A stretch of 64,000 bases of DNA, taken from NCBI GenBank assembly GCA_038844785.1, contig JAWBRA010000005.1, positions 1-64,000 on the forward strand, written 5' to 3'. The number at the start of each line of letters is the position of its first letter. The first letter of the stretch is position 1. The notes under the pieces are model-generated. The model saw only the letters and a program-made list of their open reading frames with translations. It ran no database searches and was not told where the DNA came from. This stretch comes from Candidatus Caldarchaeum sp. Its GTDB lineage: Archaea; Thermoproteota; Nitrososphaeria_A; Caldarchaeales; Caldarchaeaceae. A program made the position numbers and the translations under genes. This document shows positions 58,069-64,000 of this stretch, piece after piece.

Positions 58069-58706
58069 GCTTTGTCGCGTGGTCTGGAAGCTCTCACAAC
58101 CCATGGAACCCACACGCTGCTCAAAGCCCTCGCCCTGTGGATCGTGTTCAACACAACCACTGTGGGAGCTAAGCTGAACATCATGTGAAGGACGTTATAG
58201 GCCGCTGTGAAAAGCAGAACCAGAAACAGGCCTTGTAGGTCTGATGCAAGACGTAGGCTGAGGAAGGCGGAAAGGGTTGCTGTCGCAAAGTTCAGAAACT
58301 CTGGAAACATCACAACCAGCACCACATAGTTTGCCGCGGTCATCACAACGACCCTTAACACCATCCCGACAACCGCGCCGGCTCCAACCATCGGCCCCAT
58401 GCCTCTCGAGCTCAGCAGACGCGACCCTGCCCAAAAGCCTGCAACAGACGACAAAACCGCTAAGAACTTCATGGAAGGCCCCAGTGGGGTGAACTCGCCC
58501 ACCGCAAGCAGCGCAAGATAGTAGATGAGCGCGGCCAGCATACCGGAAGAAGGTCCAAACCCAAGCAGGGCGATGAAGACAGGTATCTCAGCCGGGTCGA
58601 ACCTGAGGTAGGGAACGGGGGGGAACGGGAAGCTCAGCGGCAGTACTGCGAGGACCAAGGCAAGAGCGGCCATAGAAGCCCCTGAGGTCAAAGACGTAAT
58701 CCTCAT
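58065..58706 (-). CDS. ECF transporter S component
   Basis: PFPPVPYLRFDPAEIP...GFGP..G pattern; about 6 TM segments. Confidence 0.82.
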   Translation of the reverse strand: MRITSLTSGASMAALALVLAVLPLSFPFPPVPYLRFDPAEIPVFIALLGFGPSSGMLAALIYYLALLAVGEFTPLGPSMKFLAVLSSVAGFWAGSRLLSSRGMGPMVGAGAVVGMVLRVVVMTAANYVVLVVMFPEFLNFATATLSAFLSLRLASDLQGLFLVLLFTAAYNVLHMMFSLAPTVVVLNTIHRARALSSVWVPWVVRASRPRDKA

Positions 58707-58880
58707 CTCCGATGACGGCTGGCTGCTTCCTTTTTATTTAACGCTGCGCAGCTACAAACAACCTTAGTTGACATGTTAGCCCAAGCGCGGACAAGGCGAT
58801 TAACGAGGGGAGACTTTGGTGTTCCCACCATCCCTTCAAACACTTCAACTTAAATAGAATTTGTTCGATTTCCTAGGAAG

Positions 58881-60038
58881 ATGAATGTAGCAGACATAAT
58901 GTTAACCGACTTTCCACGGGTCTACGACAGCGAGCCTTTGACAAAGGTTCTAGGCCTGTTTGCTGAGAAGAAAGCCGACGTAGTTGTTGTTCAAAACAAG
59001 GAAAACGACAGGCTTGTTGGTGTTGTCACCAAAAGGTCTATGCTCAAGCCGAACCTCAACCCTTCAAAGGTTCCAGCGAGGACGTTGGCTGTAAAAACCC
59101 CACGGTTAAACCCAGAGGACGTGTTACATAAGGCTGCGATGTTTATGGTTGAAAGGAACCTGAAGGCCCTGCCTGTAACCGACTCAGGCAAACCTTTAGG
59201 ACTTGTGACGGCGGCAGACGTGGTTCTAAACTCTCAAGATGCTTTGGGAAAAATAAGCGTGTCAAAAGTGATGACACGGGAGGTGATAACCGTCGACGCA
59301 AAGGACACGATAGGAAGAGCTATATCTGTGATGCGTGACGAAGGTGTTTCAAGGCTTCCGGTTCTGGACAGAGGGAGGCTCGTGGGGATTGTTACGGTTA
59401 CCGACATCGTTGAGAAGGTTGTCAAACCTCGGTTGAAAACTTCCTGGGGTGATGTTGTTGGCGAAAAAGTCAGAACCCTCAGCAACCCTGTGAAAAGCAT
59501 TATGACAAGGGATGTCATGACGGTTCAGCCTTCTGAAAACATAGTTGAGGCAGTACGCAGGATGAAGGAGCTCGGGTTCTCATGTTTGGTTGTTACAGAG
59601 AGGCATAGGGTGGTCGGTATCTTCACTTTGATGGATGCTTTGGAGCCCGTCGTGGCGCAGCTTCAAGAGACTGAGAGAAACATAGTTGTGGAGGTTAGCT
59701 ACAAGATGGACAGAGTTGACGTGGATGATAAGGAGCGGGTGATGGAGGTTGCCGACCGTTTCGTAAAGAGGTTTAGGAAAACGCTTGGTAACGGCGTCCT
59801 CAGCCTTTATTTCAAAGAGCACAGGGAGAGACATGGCGACCTGAGGCTGATACACTGCAGGGCACGGCTCAACTCCGACAGGTTTCAGTTCGTAGGCGTT
59901 GGAGAGGCTTGGCGACCAGACCTAGCGGCTCGGACGGCTTTGAAAGTTATTGAAAGACAGTTTCTCGTGAAGAAAGAGCTTGCGTCCCAGTATCCTTTTG
60001 GAAGAGAGTTTTTCGAAAGCCTTGCCGAATCCTACTGA
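58881..60038 (+). CDS. 4xCBS-domain protein with C-terminal HPF/RaiA-like domain
   Basis: four CBS repeats (e.g. VMTREVITV, SRLPV, LVGIVT); C-terminal ~110 aa beta-alpha-beta-beta-beta-alpha pattern ending GEAW.PDLAARTALKVIERQ. Confidence 0.75.
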   Translation: MNVADIMLTDFPRVYDSEPLTKVLGLFAEKKADVVVVQNKENDRLVGVVTKRSMLKPNLNPSKVPARTLAVKTPRLNPEDVLHKAAMFMVERNLKALPVTDSGKPLGLVTAADVVLNSQDALGKISVSKVMTREVITVDAKDTIGRAISVMRDEGVSRLPVLDRGRLVGIVTVTDIVEKVVKPRLKTSWGDVVGEKVRTLSNPVKSIMTRDVMTVQPSENIVEAVRRMKELGFSCLVVTERHRVVGIFTLMDALEPVVAQLQETERNIVVEVSYKMDRVDVDDKERVMEVADRFVKRFRKTLGNGVLSLYFKEHRERHGDLRLIHCRARLNSDRFQFVGVGEAWRPDLAARTALKVIERQFLVKKELASQYPFGREFFESLAESY

Positions 60039-60214
60039 CCCTCGCCCATATCTTTCAACATTGCAAAGTAGTCTTCTTCATCCATCTCAACGATGAAAGA
60101 GCCCACGTACCCGCATGAAACACATCTGTAGACTTTCCCCAAATATCCGCCGAGGTAGAGGTCGAGGGTTGTTTTCCTACATACGGGACAGACTTGGACG
60201 TTTCTCTTTTTCAC
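60032..60214 (-). CDS. small Zn-ribbon protein
   Basis: CPVC...CVSCGY; coupled to the mrp stop. Confidence 0.65.
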   Translation of the reverse strand: MKKRNVQVCPVCRKTTLDLYLGGYLGKVYRCVSCGYVGSFIVEMDEEDYFAMLKDMGEGQ

Positions 60215-61302
60215 GTTTTTTCAGCTTTGGCTTTGTTTTCATGGGCCATTATGCTTATGCGTGCAGCTATGTTTCTCGAGATTTCGTGAAGGGCTTTAGA
60301 AGCCGGCGATTTAGGGTCCGCCACGACTATCGGAACGCCTCTGTCATAGTGTGTGGATACCTCTGGCAGAAGCGGTATGCGTCCAAGCATGGGTGAGTCC
60401 AGCTCCACAGCCATCTTCTCCGCCACACTGTCCCCGAACAGGTTCGACTCAGACCCGCAGTTTGGGCAGACATAGTAGCTCATGTTCTCCACAATTCCTA
60501 TTATTGGTATGCCAAGCCTTCTAAACATTCTTAAGGCTTTTGCGGCGATGACGGCTGCGGCGGCCTGCGGCGTGGTCACTATGACGACACCTGTGAGAGG
60601 AATGGTTTGCGCAAGAGTCAGGGAGGCGTCACCCGTCCCCGGCGGGAGATCTACAATAAGATAGTCGAGGTCGCCCCATGCTGCATCTGTGAGCAATTGT
60701 TTAACAGCGCTAGCCACCAATGGCCCCCTCCATATTACGGCGGTGTTTTCGTCCACGAACAACCCCAGCGACATGACTTTTATTCCAAGCATCATTCTCG
60801 CAGGCTCTAATTTGTTGTTTCCCACCATTCTAGGAGGTTGTATGATGTTGACGATTTTCGGTATCATCGGCCCGTAGATGTCTGCGTCCACCAGACCTAC
60901 CCTCGCCCCGCTGAGGGCAAGGCTGCAGGCTAGGTTTATTGCGACGGTGGTCTTGCCGACCCCTCCCTTTCCGCTGGCCACCGCTATGATATTTTTGACC
61001 GATGAGAAATTATCCAACGTGGGTGCTAAAGGTCTCGCCGACCAAACACGGGCGGTCACCTTCATGTCTACTTCCTTAACCCCGGGAATTGACTCTACCG
61101 CTCTTCGTGCGTTCTCCTCTATTTCTTTGTTGAAAGGGCAGGCGGGTGTGGTAAGCTCTAAAGTAAACTGCACCTTTCCTCTTTCGATTTTCAAATCCTT
61201 TACCATGCCGAGGCTCACTATGTCGGTCTTCAAATCTGGGTCTATGACGCGCCTTAGCGAGTCTATGACGGTTTTTTCATCCACCAAAAAGTCTCCACTC
61301 AA
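60211..61302 (-). CDS. mrp: Mrp/ApbC/Nbp35 Fe-S carrier ATPase with N-terminal DUF59 domain
   Basis: VIDPDL..DIV.LG, TTPACP, SGKGGVGKTT, DADIYGP, WRGP, DLPPGTGD, ENMSYYVCPNC. Confidence 0.93.
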   Translation of the reverse strand: MSGDFLVDEKTVIDSLRRVIDPDLKTDIVSLGMVKDLKIERGKVQFTLELTTPACPFNKEIEENARRAVESIPGVKEVDMKVTARVWSARPLAPTLDNFSSVKNIIAVASGKGGVGKTTVAINLACSLALSGARVGLVDADIYGPMIPKIVNIIQPPRMVGNNKLEPARMMLGIKVMSLGLFVDENTAVIWRGPLVASAVKQLLTDAAWGDLDYLIVDLPPGTGDASLTLAQTIPLTGVVIVTTPQAAAAVIAAKALRMFRRLGIPIIGIVENMSYYVCPNCGSESNLFGDSVAEKMAVELDSPMLGRIPLLPEVSTHYDRGVPIVVADPKSPASKALHEISRNIAARISIMAHENKAKAEKT

Positions 61303-61341
61303 ATGGTTTTGTGTTTGACGTTATTTATATCTTCCGTAGCA

Positions 61342-61824
61342 TCACATGTTGTTGAGGGTCTTCCAGATCAGGTCGTCTACGTGGTGTAGGTTTTTTACCA
61401 CACGGCCGTGGGTGGCCGCGGCTGCTTCGACGGAGCTTGTCAAAGCCTTCCCTATTGCCAACGGCTTCGAATACATGTCGTCCCTGACCACAACCACGCT
61501 GCCTTTCTCGAAGGTGTCCATGCGTGTAATGCCTGGTCTCATTACGTCTGCTCCTGAAGCAATTTTCGGAACAGCCCCGCGGTCAACGTAGACGCATGGT
61601 AGCCTGTCTATTATGCGGGCGTTAGCCTCGGTAAGCGCTGGGAAAGTGTTTTCACCTATCATCACGAAGGAAAAGCCTGCCGTGAGGATGAGCTTTGCTT
61701 TGCCCATCTCGACGGTGGTGACACCTTGTTTCAGAATTTTTCTGACGTTCTCGCCTTCGAGGAAAGGTGCCAGCCTCGGGGTCAGCTCAGCAGCCTCTGC
61801 CGACGACAGGGTACGACGCCTCAA
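61342..61824 (-). CDS. PUA-domain protein (MCT-1/Tma20-like)
   Basis: VDRGAVPKIASGADVMRPGI, G.VVKNLHHV.D.IW; start set downstream of the tRNA overlap. Confidence 0.85.
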   Translation of the reverse strand: MRRRTLSSAEAAELTPRLAPFLEGENVRKILKQGVTTVEMGKAKLILTAGFSFVMIGENTFPALTEANARIIDRLPCVYVDRGAVPKIASGADVMRPGITRMDTFEKGSVVVVRDDMYSKPLAIGKALTSSVEAAAATHGRVVKNLHHVDDLIWKTLNNM

Positions 61825-61901
61825 CGTGTGGAACGCTTGAACCCGGCTTAAAAACCAGTTTGTAAAAATCAAAATACCGCGTGAAAGCCTTTTATGCCGA
61901 G

Positions 61902-61986
61902 GCGGGGGTTGCCAAGCCCGGTCAAAGGCGCAGGGCTTAGGACCCTGTCCCGTAGGGGTTCGTGGGTTCAAATCCCACCCCCCGCA
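61902..61986 (+). tRNA. tRNA-Leu(TAG)
   Basis: GCGGGGG/CCCCCGC acceptor, CAGGG-CTTAGGA-CCCTG anticodon arm, long variable arm. Confidence 0.95.
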
Positions 61987-62220
61987 GACATTTGTACATA
62001 AGACATCCTGGCTCAAGCAGTTATAAAGTCATCCTCACAGCGCTCGGAAACTCGGTGAAGCATGTTAATAGCCTTTGGAGAGGCTTGATGTGGGTTCATT
62101 TGGCTATTAGTTATCAGAGCTCACAACAGGGTTGCCAGCTATAAGAAAGGACAGTTTCAGAAGCGTTTCCATAACAATTATAACGATCTGTCCATGGGTG
62201 GTGGACTACTGCTGTATGGG

Positions 62221-63132
62221 TCATGGCACAGTGACCGGAGACCCGTCCCTGATTATTCTGTATCCGCTTTCATAATTTTTCAAATACAGATTTGCCAAAT
62301 TCACAATTAGCCTGTGGGTCTCGCCAGAATAGAACCTCAGCCTTCCTCTAACCATCTCGCTAAGCATAGCCTCAACCTCAGAGGTTGTGAGATCTCCGCA
62401 GCTCCGCTTCTTCGAACCTACTACGAACCCCCAAAGCGATGCGTAGGATGTTACAAACGCCGCCAGCGGCGTGGTCTTGGGGAAAACCGAGCTAACTGTT
62501 TCAAATATCGATCTGAAAACGTATGGGTTGTGGACTATGGAGGTTGCTTGGGTGACAATCACGCCCCCCTCCCTGAGCTTGCTGAAGGCAATCCTATAGA
62601 ACTCCTCTGCGTAAAGGGGGATGGATGAAGCATCCTCTGTCGGGTCTGTGGCGTCCACGATTATCACGTCAAGCGAACCGTTCTCCTTGGAAGCAAGGTA
62701 CTGCCTTCCCTCAGATATGACCAGCTTCAACCTCTTGTCATCGAATGCGCCGGCGCTCAGCTCAGGCATATGCAGTCTGCACAGCTCAACTACTTCACGG
62801 TCTATCTCAACCATTTCAACCTCTTCAACCGTCTTCCACCGCTCCACCTCCCTCGCCGTCGCCCCCTCTCCCCCGCCAATTATCAAAACACGCCTTGCGT
62901 CAGATGCTGTAACCATGGCTGGGTGCACCAGCGTCTCGTGGTAGACGTGCTCGTCAAGCCTCGAGGACTGTATCTTCCCATCAATCACGAGACATCTCCC
63001 GTACGGAATTGTGTCTATTATGGCGACGTTCTGGTATTTCGTCTTAGCCATGACAACAACGTCTTTTACAGCATAGTATTCCAACAAACCCTCCGCTATA
63101 ATCTCTGAGGCCCAAATGAATTTCTCATGCAT
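62221..63132 (-). CDS. speE: polyamine aminopropyltransferase (spermidine synthase)
   Basis: YHETLVHP, VLIIGGGEGATARE, VEID, DVIIVDATDP. Confidence 0.92.
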   Translation of the reverse strand: MHEKFIWASEIIAEGLLEYYAVKDVVVMAKTKYQNVAIIDTIPYGRCLVIDGKIQSSRLDEHVYHETLVHPAMVTASDARRVLIIGGGEGATAREVERWKTVEEVEMVEIDREVVELCRLHMPELSAGAFDDKRLKLVISEGRQYLASKENGSLDVIIVDATDPTEDASSIPLYAEEFYRIAFSKLREGGVIVTQATSIVHNPYVFRSIFETVSSVFPKTTPLAAFVTSYASLWGFVVGSKKRSCGDLTTSEVEAMLSEMVRGRLRFYSGETHRLIVNLANLYLKNYESGYRIIRDGSPVTVP

Positions 63133-63557
63133 GTACGATCCCTGACAGCTATGCTAGTTCTACTGTTATGGCTCGCTAGAAGCCCGCGTCTTATCTCCAT
63201 AACGCTGACAGATTTAGGGTTCAACAGCTTGAGCAGTTCTTCGAAGGCATTCCAAGGGTTTACATTGTCCCCGCATGTATAAATGTCGACCGCGGCATAG
63301 CTGTGTTCAGGCCATGTATGTATAGAGATGTGGCTTTCTTTTATGGCTAGTATGTATGATACGCCTTCGCCGCCGTCGAACTTGTTGGCTAAATCACTTA
63401 CAATCGTCGACCCGGCTTTCTCAGCTGCTTTTTTCGCAGCGTTCCTTATAAAGCTCGTATCTCTAAGCAGAGCTGGTTCGCATCCGTAGAGTTCGCCTAT
63501 CACATGACGGCCAAGTCCATCGAACATTTTACGGTGTCCTTGGCTCCCAGCCCCCAT
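63096..63557 (-). CDS. speD: pyruvoyl-dependent S-adenosylmethionine decarboxylase proenzyme (arginine decarboxylase paralog not excluded)
   Basis: GRHVIGELYGC, KESHISIHTWPE, DIYTCG; adjacent to speE. Confidence 0.85.
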   Translation of the reverse strand: MGAGSQGHRKMFDGLGRHVIGELYGCEPALLRDTSFIRNAAKKAAEKAGSTIVSDLANKFDGGEGVSYILAIKESHISIHTWPEHSYAAVDIYTCGDNVNPWNAFEELLKLLNPKSVSVMEIRRGLLASHNSRTSIAVRDRTCMRNSFGPQRL

Positions 63558-63625
63558 TCTCTCACGAAGTTTTTAAAACGCGTTTAAATACCTATCGATG
63601 ATAGGGTAGCGTTTGGCCTAAGCAG

Positions 63626-64000
63626 TTATTTCAACGGTACATACATGCTGCTTCTTGTTGCACCTATTCCGGCCCTTCCGTGGATGACTCTTTTGTTTGT
63701 GATTGCGTATTCGCCAAGCCGGTGGCCGATCATCTCAGGAGTTATCTCGACCGGTTGGAACTCTTTGCCGTTGTGGACGTGGATCGTCAAACCAACCATT
63801 TCAGGCAGTATGAACATGTCTCTGCAGTGCGTTTTGACGGGTTTCTCAGGCTTCTGACCTATCTCCAAAAGCCTTTTGTATTTCCGTATTTTGAAGAGAA
63901 GCTTAGACTGCGCCGGGGTTAAACCTCTCTTGTAGAGGCTGCGTCTAGCTCGGCTGGGCAGTAGCTTTATGAAAGAATCCATGCTCATCGCTTTTATCTG
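63626..64000 (-). CDS. rps19p: 30S ribosomal protein uS19 (5' end outside window)
   Basis: [50 protein letters not shown]. Confidence 0.95.
   Translation of the reverse strand, partial: QIKAMSMDSFIKLLPSRARRSLYKRGLTPAQSKLLFKIRKYKRLLEIGQKPEKPVKTHCRDMFILPEMVGLTIHVHNGKEFQPVEITPEMIGHRLGEYAITNKRVIHGRAGIGATRSSMYVPLK

Noticed and set aside
58707-58880. Riboswitch or leader peptide upstream of the ECF S component
   Set aside because: No recognizable FMN/TPP/cobalamin aptamer motifs; the 42-aa upstream ORF has no convincing features
61825-62016. N-terminal extension of the PUA-domain ORF
   Set aside because: It is the antisense reading of tRNA-Leu (GGWDLNPRTP is a typical tRNA shadow)
61987-62220. 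Possible sRNA or element remnant after tRNA-Leu
   Set aside because: No C/D boxes, repeats, tRNA fragment or protein motif that I can support
1-64000. CRISPR arrays, rRNA genes, prophage/integrase and selenocysteine recoding
   Set aside because: None seen by eye; the many short antisense ORFs in the track are shadows of the genes listed

Overview
Gene-dense archaeal chromosomal window. Gene content (archaeal Adk, TrmI, aTrm56, TFE, Cdc6/Orc1, type II GAPDH, EndA with a Crenarchaea-specific loop, a non-canonical tRNA intron) suggests a TACK archaeon, plausibly Aigarchaeota/Caldarchaeales; this is inference. It carries pst/phoU, glycine cleavage P1/P2/T without canonical H or L, a FixABCX-type ETF cluster, liv ABC transport, gap/pgk/tpi, glmS, speDE and four tRNAs. 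It also has a 408-bp internally deleted IS6-family element (15-bp TIRs, 8-bp TSD) and several decaying genes (archaellin, secreted protein, Zn-ADH, class I aldolase). The best candidate for an undescribed system is 18620-24189: ETF-beta/alpha, fused FixC-FixX, a rhodanese and a protein fusing an LbpA/GcvH-like lipoyl-carrier domain to a TusA-like sulfur-carrier domain, with no sHdr genes in the window. Other leads are an E1alpha/beta pair with a stand-alone lipoyl domain, an AsnRS-paralog plus Fe-S-less glutamate-synthase-like FMN protein, and a CBS-HPF hibernation-factor-like protein. All calls come from motif recognition by eye; no database searches were run.
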